Origin: an uncultured Chlamydiales bacterium
GTDB lineage: Bacteria > Chlamydiota > Chlamydiia > Chlamydiales > JAAKFR01
DNA length: 64,000 nucleotides
Direction: 5' to 3'
Assembly: GCA_963699155.1 (NCBI GenBank)
Contig: OY969414.1
Location: 1,163,757-1,227,756, forward strand
In this document: positions 30,324 through 41,400 of the stretch, one piece after another
How positions within the stretch are numbered: position 1 is the stretch's first letter
Layout of the letters: each line of letters opens with the position of its first letter
Notes under the pieces: generated by a model
Told to the model about the DNA's origin: nothing
The model's database searches: none
What the model saw: the letters and a program-made list of their open reading frames with translations, nothing else
Made by a program: the position numbers and the translations under genes

Positions 30324-30614
30324 ATGCCCAAAAAGAGACAACCAAATGCAATTTGGCGTTTAAAGCGCGTCACAATTTTAAAGAGGGATGGGTATCGTTG
30401 TACTCATTGTGATGTTGTTGTGACTATTGAGACAGCGCACATTGATCATATTCAGTCAGGAAAGTTGGGGAGTAATCATAAGTCTAATTTGAGAACACTT
30501 TGTCGTCGATGCCATGTATTGCGGGCTGATCATCGGCATCGCGGAATGACAGCAAAGGCTCTTTGAGATGGAGTTATACCTCCAAATTGGCGTGAGCTTG
30601 TCTGGGAAGATTAA
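30324..30614 (+). CDS. HNH endonuclease with in-frame TGA at 30564-30566 near the C-terminus
   Basis: RDGYRCTHC..HIDHI..GSN..NLRTLCRRCH; frame continues DGVIPPNWRELVWED* after the TGA. Confidence 0.85.
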
Positions 30615-30640
30615 TAAAATTGTACCCATTTTCTGGTATT

Positions 30641-30853
30641 TTACAACTCTTTTTCTTTGTATTCTTCGGGGAATAAAACCTCCTCCTTGGATACCCTTCC
30701 TTCAGTAAATTCTTCAATTTTTTTTGCTAATTTGACGCTTGGGTTCTTTATTCCACTCAAAATATGTTGAAGATGCCCTTGAGAGATTCCAATTTTTTCA
30801 GCAAAGGCTTTTTTTGTTGTTTTGGTTCGAAAAAGGTATTCATCAAGCTTCAC
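30641..30853 (-). CDS. Cro-like HTH regulator
   Basis: GTG start with GGAG RBS; KKAFAEKIGISQGHLQHILSG..PSVKLAKKIE. Confidence 0.8.
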   Translation of the reverse strand: MKLDEYLFRTKTTKKAFAEKIGISQGHLQHILSGIKNPSVKLAKKIEEFTEGRVSKEEVLFPEEYKEKEL

Positions 30854-30888
30854 AATAGCTCCAGGGATTTTCCAACAATATATAAGGT

Positions 30889-30959
30889 TATCTTTTAGAT
30901 GAAAAGATGTATCTTTTGGTTTTGACCAAAAAGATGAATCTATGTATCTTTTAGATACA
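30889..30959. promoter_or_regulatory. Operator-like repeats in a divergent promoter
   Basis: TATCTTTTAGAT twice (30889, 30945); palindrome TGTATCT-TTT-AGATACA; ATCTTTTGGT/ACCAAAAAGAT inverted pair. Confidence 0.6.
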
Positions 30960-30979
30960 AAAGCATCAAAGGAGCACAT

Positions 30980-31765
30980 ATGTTGCAGAAAATCCAGTCA
31001 CAAACTCCAGAACTCTTGCAAGACATCCAAAATATGAGGAATCTGGCAGAAACACTTATGACAACAAAACATTATCAGCAACTTGGATCAGATGGGATTT
31101 TTGCTGTGATTCAAAAAGCAAAATCTTTGAACATTAATCCATTAGAAGCATTGAATGGAGGCTTGTACTACGTTCAAGGACGCGTAGAGATGAGTGCACA
31201 AATGATGAATCAAATGATTCGTGCACGTGGACATTCTATTCAAAAAGATTCAAAATCTACAAAACTACTTTGCATTTTGCATGGGAAACGCATTGATAAT
31301 AGCGATGCTTGGACTGTCAGCTTCGGCATCGAAGACGCCCAACGTGCTGGTATCTATCGTCAAAACAGTCCATGGACAAAATTCCCGGAAGCGATGTGTT
31401 TCGCGCGCGCCCTTTCAATGCTAGCAAGGCAACTATTTCCCGATGTGATTCAGGGATGCTATGTTGAAGGAGAAATTGGTGACTCGCTAAATGAGGGACC
31501 GATGGTGACAACTGAGACGCAAACCATCACTCGAGAACAATCTCAAAAACTTGAAATGCTTATTGGAAATGATGAGGAATATAAGAAAAAATTACTCACA
31601 TTCTTTAAGATTGAGAGTCTCGAGCAACTTCATATCTCTCAGTGGAACCGTATCGTTATGGCAACACAAAAACACGCAGAAGTACAACAAAAGAAAATAG
31701 CAATTCAGCCACTCTCAAACGCTGGTCAAAGCGAAGAAGAATGTCTACAAGCAATGGAGGCTTAG
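30980..31765 (+). CDS. RecT/Red-beta-like single-strand annealing protein
   Basis: NPLEALNGGLYYVQG, DAQRAG, PWTKFPEAM..ARA..LFPDV; adjacent to a YqaJ exonuclease gene. Confidence 0.75.
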   Translation: MLQKIQSQTPELLQDIQNMRNLAETLMTTKHYQQLGSDGIFAVIQKAKSLNINPLEALNGGLYYVQGRVEMSAQMMNQMIRARGHSIQKDSKSTKLLCILHGKRIDNSDAWTVSFGIEDAQRAGIYRQNSPWTKFPEAMCFARALSMLARQLFPDVIQGCYVEGEIGDSLNEGPMVTTETQTITREQSQKLEMLIGNDEEYKKKLLTFFKIESLEQLHISQWNRIVMATQKHAEVQQKKIAIQPLSNAGQSEEECLQAMEA

Positions 31766-31766
31766 A

Positions 31767-32636
31767 GTGCACTCAGAACTTATTCAAAATACTCCTGAAT
31801 GGCATGAGTTTCGACGACAGAAAATAGGTGCAAGCGATGCTCCAATCATCATGGAAGTCTCGCCTTGGAAGACTCCCTATCAACTCTGGCTTGAAAAAAC
31901 TACAGGCACTCTCTCTCCCATTGCACCTCAACAAAGACGGGGTTTAGAGTTGGAGGAAATGGCAAGATGTGCTTTTGAAAAGCAAACCGGAAGAGTGATG
32001 TTTCCTAAAGTCGTACTCCATCCCTCATTTGATTGGATGATGGCCAGTCTCGATGGAATTGATATCGATGGCACTTCAATTGTAGAGATTAAATGTCCTG
32101 GTCAAGTCGATCATGAAATAGCAAAAGCAGGGAAGGTGCCTGAGAAATATTTCCCTCAACTTCAACATCAATTAGCCGTAACCGGTCTGGACATGGTCTC
32201 TTATTTGAGTTTTGATGGAAATGAAGGAGTGATCATCGAAATAGGAAGGGATGAGCATTTCATTGCAAAAATGATCGATTTAGAGAAAGAGTTTTGGAAA
32301 TGCGTGACGACTCTTACGGCCCCTCCATTGCAAGAAAGGGATATTGTCAAGCGTGAGGATCTAGAGTGGGCCGAAGTATCTAAACAATGGCTCGAGGTGC
32401 ATCAAAAGATGCAGGTTCTTGAAAATGAAGAGAAAGCATTACGTGAAGTTCTTATCCAAATGGCAGGGGTTCAAAATGTCACAGGTGGAGGCGTTCGGTT
32501 AACACGCTCTCTTCGCAAAGGCAATGTACAATATGGCCAGATCCCAGAACTTCAAAATATAGATTTGGAAAAATACCGCAAAGAACCCATGGAAATTTGG
32601 AGGCTTCTACCTTCTGATAAAAAGAAGGATGCCTAA
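31767..32636 (+). CDS. YqaJ/lambda-exonuclease family protein
   Basis: EWHEFRRQKIGASD, ASLDG, VEIKCP, YFPQLQHQL. Confidence 0.9.
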   Translation: MHSELIQNTPEWHEFRRQKIGASDAPIIMEVSPWKTPYQLWLEKTTGTLSPIAPQQRRGLELEEMARCAFEKQTGRVMFPKVVLHPSFDWMMASLDGIDIDGTSIVEIKCPGQVDHEIAKAGKVPEKYFPQLQHQLAVTGLDMVSYLSFDGNEGVIIEIGRDEHFIAKMIDLEKEFWKCVTTLTAPPLQERDIVKREDLEWAEVSKQWLEVHQKMQVLENEEKALREVLIQMAGVQNVTGGGVRLTRSLRKGNVQYGQIPELQNIDLEKYRKEPMEIWRLLPSDKKKDA

Positions 32637-32845
32637 AAAAGGGACTAAGGATGAACTTCATCCATTTTTCTGAACTTCAGGGTTACTGGTTGACAAAATC
32701 ACAGAAATATTGAATATGAAATTTTATAATGGGTTTGAGCCTATTCTCTTCTTCCATTTTGGAAGAGAGTTGTGTATCAAGCGTAGGGCGTTTTCTTACG
32801 CTTGCATCCGATAAGTGCATGGCATCCTCATCTTAATAGGTATTC

Positions 32846-33844
32846 ATGGAACTAAAAGCCAATAATCATTTAGCTCCTATTGTAGTAATCACAGGAGCCT
32901 CTGCAGGTGTAGGGAGGGCCACGGCCCTTCGATTTGCTAAAAGCGGAGCTAAAATGGGGTTAATAGCTCGAGATGGCGAGCGTCTCAAAAATCTGGAAAA
33001 GGAAATCACAAATCTAGGATCTGAAGCCCTCTCGATTCCAATGGATGTAACCAATGAAGACGATATGTTCCGCGCTGCGGATGAGGTCGAAGAAAAGCTG
33101 GGACCGATTGACATTTGGATCAATAACGCTATGGTTACGATTGATTCGGAATTTATAAATATAGAGCCAAAGAATACGCCCGCGTCACTGATGTGTGTTA
33201 CCACGGTTTTGTCTATGGCACAATGGCTGCTCTTTCTAAGATGTATCCTCGAAATAAAGGGGTGATTGTCCTCGTCGGTTCGGCTTTGGCATACAGAGGG
33301 ATTCCACTCCAATCGGCTTATTGCGGAGCTAAACATGCGATACAAGGATTTAGTGAATCTTTGCGCAGTGAACTCATCCATAATAAAAAAAATATCTTCA
33401 TCACCATGGTTCAAATGCCCGCGCTAAATACTCCTCAATTCCATGTGGTGCAAAACAAATAGACCTAACAAACCAAAACCCGTGGCGCCCATTTTTCAAC
33501 CGGAAATTGCAGCTGAAGCGATTTTTTGGTCGGCGCACCATCCCAAAAAACGGGAAATTATCGTAGGAGCGAGGAATACCGTAATCGTATGGGGGAATAA
33601 ATTTTTCCCTGGATTTGGAGATTGGTATCTGGCTAAAACATGCTATAAATCTCAAATGACAAAAGAGCCGGTTGAAGAGAATCGGAAAATAAATCTTTGG
33701 ACCACCGTAAAAGGACCTTTTAAGTCTCATGGAACATTTGATAAAGAAGCTGTAAATAAGAGTTTGCAACTCTATTTCGTCATGCATCCATGGATCTTCC
33801 TGTTTGATTTTAGTTTTAATTTTAATAGGGGCATAGTATTTTAA
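32846..33844 (+). pseudogene. SDR oxidoreductase, frameshifted
   Basis: TGASAGVG, YCGAK and PIFQPE spread over three frames. Confidence 0.8.
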
Positions 33845-34061
33845 TAAAATGGCATTAAAAAAGGAAACATAATCAGGTCGATAAAAACTTCTGTGTATAA
33901 AATCCCAACTAGTTCACCCGAATCTGATGGTACAATTCGAAGTGGGATGAAACAACTCTGGTTTTAGTATCCGTCGTGAACAGGTGATTCAAACAACAGG
34001 CAAAAAAGTGCATCATTTAGCAGAAATATTAAAAATGGCCATCGACCAATAAAACCATTCG

Positions 34062-36468
34062 TTAAGAGCCGATGCGGACAATGAAATCTACACCTTCCCA
34101 ATGCTTCGCTTCCGGCCAGTGAAAAGTGAATTTCACTTCATTTCCAGTAGAAAGTTGCGTCGTCATGAGATCAGCGCTATGAATCCCTAATCCTACATCA
34201 TGTGTTTTTACATCATGAGTTGTTTGCCAATTATCAGCGCTCCAATGAATGATTGCAGGCGTCAATGTTTCGATACGGAGTATTTTGCCGGGATAGATGA
34301 AGCGAATCTTTTGATTAAACCTCCATATCATCCTTGGAGATACCGTTTTATCAATCAGATAACGTTTCACGGTTTGAGGAGGCATATCGAAGACTTTCCC
34401 GTCATGTAATGAACGTCGCAATTTGAGGTATTCTGCATGGGCCCAGACAAGAGGCATAGCCGAACCGGAAGGTTTACCCAAATACAATCCCTTTTCTGGT
34501 ATATCCTGCTTATCCCAGACTTGTTCTGAAATCAGCCCATTTTCTCCTGCGAAAGATTCCATGGCGTTAAGCAGCTTCTTTGCATTTTCGACCTGACCTG
34601 CTGCCAATTCGTAATGGGCTCGTTCACCTGTCAACAAGGGCCAACCACGGCCTATTCCTGTCCCATCAAATGGCGAGCCATCTTCATGTTCCCCATAGCC
34701 ATCATCATTGTAGCGATGCCATGTAGGCCCGCAAGGGGTCTCTATTTTGAGCAATGCATCTATCACTTTTACTGTATCGCGCATGCGTGGGTCATCCGCA
34801 GCGCGCAAACCAAAGCGTACTAGAGCAAGTGCATCGGGGCTTATCAGATGTTTAGTAAGCATAGTATCTTCAGCAGCCGAAACGTTTGGGATATGTACAT
34901 CCTTTTGTAAACGGGATACGCCTCCTGCTTTTTGCGTCGGAACAATCCGTACATAAAACCCTTGGACGTTAAATTTACGGCACCAGTCTGTTCCAGAGAC
35001 GTACATCCACTGATCGATGGATGTATTCCATACATCTGCGACCTCACGCAAGTAATTTGCAATCGATGTTTCCTGATTCAAATCGGCAAGATCAGCTGCT
35101 GCCAAGAGTGCAGCAATTTCTGCTCCAACAGTGAATTGTGAATATCCTGGATCTTCTTCCCAACGATCTTCTGGGCTAACAGGTCCATTGCGGACTAAAT
35201 AGCCAGCCGCATTTCGTACCATCGGCCAAAACTGAGCTGCGCTTTCCCTCGTCAATGCCCTTTCACGCAAAGCAAAATCAACCAAAAGAATGGGCAGGGC
35301 AGTTTCATCCATTTGGATTCCAGTCCAATTGGGCGAGCCATCCACCCACATATTCTGGGGCCAATACCCTTCAGCATGTTGAGTTGACTGCAAGAAAGAA
35401 AGCATGCGACGGACATCCTCATGCGCACCGGCAGCTAGCAAGGCGCCTGCCGTTTCCACCATGTCGCGGGACCAAATAAGGTGGTAACCACCCAGGTCCT
35501 TATCTCCCTTACTAAATCCCCAAGGTATGGATAGGCTAGCTATCAGGCCCCCCGGAGGTGTTTGGGATTCATGAGTGCGTATCACAGAGAGACTCTTTCG
35601 AGAAAGGGTGTTAGGAAGGGGATCTATCTCTTTCAACGCAGTATGCCCATTTATCCAATCCTGCCACCCGGCAAGGTAGGCTTGCTTTGCCGGATCAAAA
35701 CCAGCCTTAAGGCTGGCGATGGCATTGTGAGCGGCTTCTTCAGGATTCTTTGCCAAACCCAAGAGCCAATAGGAAATTACCACCCGATTTTGCAAGATCG
35801 ATTTGAGCAGTGAGAGACACATTGCCCCTTTCAGCGCGCGAATATTCACAAGTCATTTGTTTGTGATCTCTTAAGTCATGCCATCCATCTGAGGGACCTA
35901 CGTAGCTAACAGATCGTTTTAGCCAGGGAACGGAACAGGCAAGAGCTAATGCACAGTCTTTTCTCTGAGCAAATAATAGCTGAGTATTCTCAAATTCAGC
36001 TAGCCAAGCGGTATTATCCTGACCTTGATTCTCCAGATGTGGTGAAAGTACGACGTAGATTTTATAATCTGGTAATTGCCCTTGAAGTGGGATAAATTGC
36101 GTCTGTTGTAACACAGTATCTCGCTGAGAGTCTGTCACAATCTGTTTTTCAATGCGGTACCGATGTTCATGGCAGGTATTGACTAAACTAAATGCTGGTA
36201 CGCCATCGGCCATCCAGTGCACTTGTGAATCAGTATTCCGTTTCTCTTCTGAAAAAAAATGGCTCCCATCTGTGGCGATTAATCCCATATCGCGAGTACA
36301 AGCTTGGTCAATACGGGGATAATAGATTTCATTGAAGATTCCATGGCTAAGTGTAAACCAAATATGACTCTTGTCGCTAAGGGCCGTTCCAACTCCTGTT
36401 TTAGCGCTAGAAGTCCAACGAGCAGGGACACCGGGACTGCCGGGGGCGAAATTGTTTGGTGTTGGCAT
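34062..36468 (-). pseudogene. GH15 glucoamylase/glucodextranase, frameshift near 35.77 kb
   Basis: WTSSAKTGVG, GGYHLIWSRD, DRWEE, SAMPLVWAHAEY. Confidence 0.85.
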
Positions 36469-36667
36469 GCTATATCCTTTTTGCATTTCCAATCTTTTCT
36501 ACATTTCTCTATTTAAAAAATAAATATCAAAATCATGTAGATACAGTTTGTCTCCACGTACCAGTTGGCTAAAATTAAAATAATAGTTACAGTCGTGTTA
36601 TCTTCGGTGAGTTGTTGTAAACATCTCATTCTTAATCAAGTTACTGATGTAATAGGCGTGGTCGAAC

Positions 36668-37870
36668 ATGAAACCAACTAGTCCTAGCATCCTGACAATC
36701 AATGGCGGTTCATCGAGCATTAAATTCGCGCTATTCGAAGCGAATAGCCCCCTGAATCGCATTCTGGGGGGCAGCATGGAGCAGATTGGACTGCCGGAAC
36801 CACCTTCGTGTGAAAGGGATCGAGCCAGGCGGATCACATTTCGCGACCTACTCGCTCAGAACCATACTGCAGCGGTAGATATCTTGATGGATTGGATTGA
36901 AGAGAGGTTCGGGAAAGATGCATTGACCGCAGTGGGACATCGCATGGTACATGGTGGAAAAATATATAAGCCGCAGCGAATTACTGAGGAAATGGTTGAA
37001 GAATTGCGTCAACTTCAGTCCTTTCGATCCTGAGCATCTGCCTGAAGAGATCCTTTTGATCGAGGCATTTCATCGTCGATTTCCTGACTTCCGCAAGTAG
37101 CGTGTTTTGACACAGCTTTTCATCATGATCTGCCACGGGTAGCTAAGTTGTTACCGATTCCACGCCGTTATGAAGCGCAGGGAGTGAGGCGGTATGGGTT
37201 TCACGGGTTATCCTATGAGTTTTTAATGGGAGAACTGGCCCGCTTGGCTGGAACAGAGGCAGCACAAGGCCGGGTCATCCTCGCCCATCTCGGCAATGGT
37301 GCGAGCCTAGCTGCGGTGCGACGGTGGCAAATCTATGGATACCAGCATGAGTTTCACTCCGACAGCCGGGGTGCCGATGAGTACACGTTCAGGAGATCTT
37401 GATCCGGACTAGTTTGGTATTTGGCACGCACGGAGGGATTCGATGCAAAACAATTCAATGAGATGGTTAATTTTCAGTCGGGACTGCTTGGTGTATCGGA
37501 GATTAGTTCCGATATGCGTGACTTGCTCGATCATGAAACTCAGGATATACGGGCAGCTGAAGCGGTCGCATTGTTTTGTTATCAGGTTAAGAAATGGATC
37601 GGTGCATTTGCAGCGGCGTTAGGTGGACTGGATACACTGGTATTTGCTGGTGGTATCGGGGAGAATGCACCTACGATTCGTTCCCGGATTTGCGAAGGTT
37701 TAGGATTTCTTGGAATCGAATTCGAAGAAAAACAAAATGCAGGCAAATGAAGGAGTTATTTCTACGGCAGCCGGCCAGAGTAACTGTCCGGGTCATACAT
37801 ACAGATGAAGAATGGATGATAGCACATACGGTCTGTCGCGTCCTTGGACTTAGAAGTCTTAACAAAGTGA
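36668..37870 (+). pseudogene. ackA: Acetate kinase, multiple frameshifts
   Basis: [43 protein letters not shown]. Confidence 0.9.
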
Positions 37871-37926
37871 AAAACATGATAATGAAGCATGCTGTAGAAA
37901 CTAGAAGTTGAAAAACTGGTAAGCCA

Positions 37927-40280
37927 TTGTCGCCCGATCTGCTGCAAAAAATGAATGCCTATTGGCGGGCTGCGAATTACCTTTCGGTCGGCCAGATTTA
38001 TCTCTATGACAATCCACTGCTGAAGGAGCCACTAAAATTATCTCATGTGAAGCCGCTAGTGGTTGGACACTGGGGCACAACACCGGGCCAGAATTTCATC
38101 TATGTGCATTTGAACCGGGTCATCAAGAAATATGACTTGAATATGTTCTACATCGCCGGTCCTGGCCACGGCGGCCCGGCATTAGTGGCGAAATACTTAT
38201 CTCGAAGGCACCTATAGTGAGATTTATCCGAACATCAGCCAGGATGAAGCGGGCTTAAAAAAACTGTTCACGCAATTTTCGTTTCCCGGTGGGATTTCCA
38301 GCCATGTTGCGCCGACAACACCAGGGTCGATTCACGAAGGGGGTGAGCTAGGGTATTCACTCAGCCATGCCTTTGGTGCTGCATTCGACAATCCCGATCT
38401 GATCGTCGCTTGTGTGATTGGCGATGGTGAAGCAGAAACTGGCCCTTTGGCGACCGCATGGCAATCCAATAAATTTCTCAATCCAATTACCGATGGAGCT
38501 GTGCTGCCGATCCTACACCTAAATGGTTACAAGATCAGCAATCCGACTATCTTGGCTCGCATCGAGCATGAGGAATTGGAACAATTTTTCCGAGGCTGCG
38601 GCTGGACGCCTTATTTTGTGGAAGGTGATGAACCGGAAGAGATGCATCAACTCATGGCCGGTACTTTGGAAAAAGTCATCGAGGAGATTCGGCAGATCCA
38701 AAGCAACGCACGCAACAAGAATGACACTACTCGGCCACGCTGGCCAATGATCGTCCTGAGATCACCAAAGGGTTGGACTGGGCCAAAAGTTAGTTGATGG
38801 TCTGCAAATTGAAGGGACATTCCGAGCACATCAAGTGCCGCTTCTGGTAGATGCCGAGCATCCCGATCATGTTCAAGCAGCTTGAAAGCTGGATGAAAAG
38901 CTACAAGGCAGAGGAACTATTCGATGAGAATGGGCAGGCTTATACCGGAATTAGCTGAGCTTGCGCCTAAGGGTGACCGGCGGATGGGCGCCAATCCTCA
39001 TGCCAATGGTGGTATTTTGCTGCGCGATCTGCGTAATGCCGGACTTTCACGATCACGCGGTGAATGTGCCGTCTCCTGGCGCTGTCATGGCTCAAGACAC
39101 GCTCGTGCTGGGCAAGTTCCTTCGTGATGTGGCCAAGCTGAATCAGGATCAACGTAATTTTCGTATTTTCGGTCCCGATGAGACACTCTCGAATCTTTTG
39201 GGTGCAGTCTTTGAAGTCACTAATCGTCAATGGGACGCTCGGGAAGTAAAAAATGATGAATTTCTCGCACCCGCAGGACAAGTGCTGGATTCGATGCTCA
39301 GCGAGCACCAGTGCGAGGGATGGCTAGAAGGATATTTGTTAACCGGGCGGCATGGGCTGTTTAACAGTTATGAAGCCTTCATTCGTATCGTCGATTCGAT
39401 GTTCAGCCAGCATGCCAAATGGCTGAAGGTAACATTGGAATTGCCCTGGCGCCGGAAGATCGCATCGTTGAACTACCTGCTTGCCTCTCACGTCTGGCAG
39501 CAGGATCACAATGGATTCACACACCAAGATCCCGGTTTCATTGACCACGTGATCAATAAAAAGGCCGATATCGTACGCGTTTATCTACCCCCCGATGCCA
39601 ATTGCCTACTCTCGGTCTTTGATCACTGCCTGCGCAGCCGACATTACGTCAATGTGGTGGTAGCCGGCAAACATGCTCTCCCTCAATGGTTGACTATGGA
39701 CGCTGCAATTGTCCATTGCACGGAAGGAATTGGCATCTGGCAATGGGCTAGCAATGACCAGAATGCTGAGCCAGACGTGGTGATGGGCTGCTGCGGAGAT
39801 ACTCCCACACTGGAGATCTTGGCTGCTGTTTCCATTCTCCGCCAGCATCTACCCGATCTGAAAATCCGGGTGATCAATGTCGTCGATCTGATGAAGTTGC
39901 AGTCTCAGAGCGAGCATCCGCATGGTCTAAGCGACAAGGATTACGATTCTCTATTCACCAAAGATAAGCACATCATCTTCGGCTTTCATGGATACCCATG
40001 GCTGATCCACCGATTGACCTACCGCCGGACCAACCGCAACCTCCATGTTCGTGGCTATAAAGAAGAGGGCACCATCACGACTCCCTTCGATTTGAGAGTG
40101 CAAAACGACCTGGATCGCTTTCATTTAGTGCAAGATGTGGTCGATCGCCTGCCCCATTTAGGTGGTAAGGGGGCTTATTTGAAGCAGATGATGCAAGACA
40201 AGCTCATCGAGCACAAGCACTATGTCGATAAGCACGGCCAGGACATGCCGGAAATTCGGAATTGGAAATGGAAGGGATGA
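37927..40280 (+). pseudogene. xfp: Phosphoketolase, multiple frameshifts
   Basis: [50 protein letters not shown]. Confidence 0.92.
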
Positions 40281-40350
40281 TAGTGCGATGGCGTTGCGAT
40301 TGATTGAGATAGTGTTGCAGGCTAATTCTCCTATTACAAAAGAGTAGAAT

Positions 40351-41376
40351 ATGACTATGGAAGCGCTAATAGATATCGCGAAAATGTTAGTTGCTGGAGA
40401 CAAGGGTCTTCTGGCAATGGATGAAAGTAATCCAACCTGTAACAAACGATTTGCCAAGTTGAGGAATTCCCGAGACTGAGGAGAACAGACGATGCCTATC
40501 GAGAGTTAATTGTAACAACACCTGGTCTTAGTGAGTGCATTAGCGGTGTGATTCTTTACGATGAGACAATCCGTCAACAGAAGAAAGATGGAACTCCATT
40601 TGTTAAGGTTATCACCGATGCAGGAATTATTCCCGGCATTAAAGTTGAACTGGTGCAAAGGACATGGCAGGTCATCCTGGAGAAAAAATAACTGAGGGTC
40701 TCGATAGATTGCGCGACGTTTGGCTGAATATTCTCAAATGGGCGCCCGTTTTTGCTAAGTGGCGCGCGGTGATTGCAATAGGCGATAGTATTCCAAGTCG
40801 AGGTTGCATCGAGGCAAATGCATAGGCATTGGCTCGCTATGCCGCATTATGCCAGGAGGCTGGACTGGTACCCATCATAGAGCCGGAAGTGCTCATGGAT
40901 GGCGAGCATACATTAGAAAGATGCTTCGAGGTAACAGAGGAAGTCTTACGAATAGTTTTCAATCAACTTTACACGCAAGGTGTGATGCTGGAGGGGATGA
41001 TCCTTAAGCCCAATATGGTGCTTCCTGGATTGACTTGTCCCAAGCAAGAAACGGTGGATGAGGTGGCTGATACCACAGTAAAATGTCTCTTGCGAGCTGT
41101 CCCGGCTGCTGTTCCTGGCATTGCGTTCTTGTCAGGTGGACAAAGCTGTGAATTGGCTTCGGCCCGTTTGAATGCCATGAATGTTAGATTCAAGTCACGA
41201 CTCCCTTGGGCGCTTGGCGTTTTCATTTGCGCGCGCCATCCAACAACCTGCTTTGGAGATTTGGCAAGGCAAAGAAGCCAACGTGCCCGCAGCACAAGAA
41301 GCTCTTATATCATCGAGCTAAATGCAATCGGGCTGCACGCCGTGGTGAATACACTCCCTCGATGGAAAGGGTATGA
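40351..41376 (+). pseudogene. fba: Class I fructose-bisphosphate aldolase with frameshifts and an in-frame TAG
   Basis: KGLLAMDES, PGIKV, AKWRAV, VPIIEPEV, ILKPNMV, FLSGGQ. Confidence 0.85.
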
Positions 41377-41400
41377 GATAGTAATAACAGAGATACCATT

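Noticed and set aside
33850..34050. Mandelate-racemase-like N-terminal relic (YKIPTSSPESDGT)
   Set aside because: Too short and broken to call with confidence.
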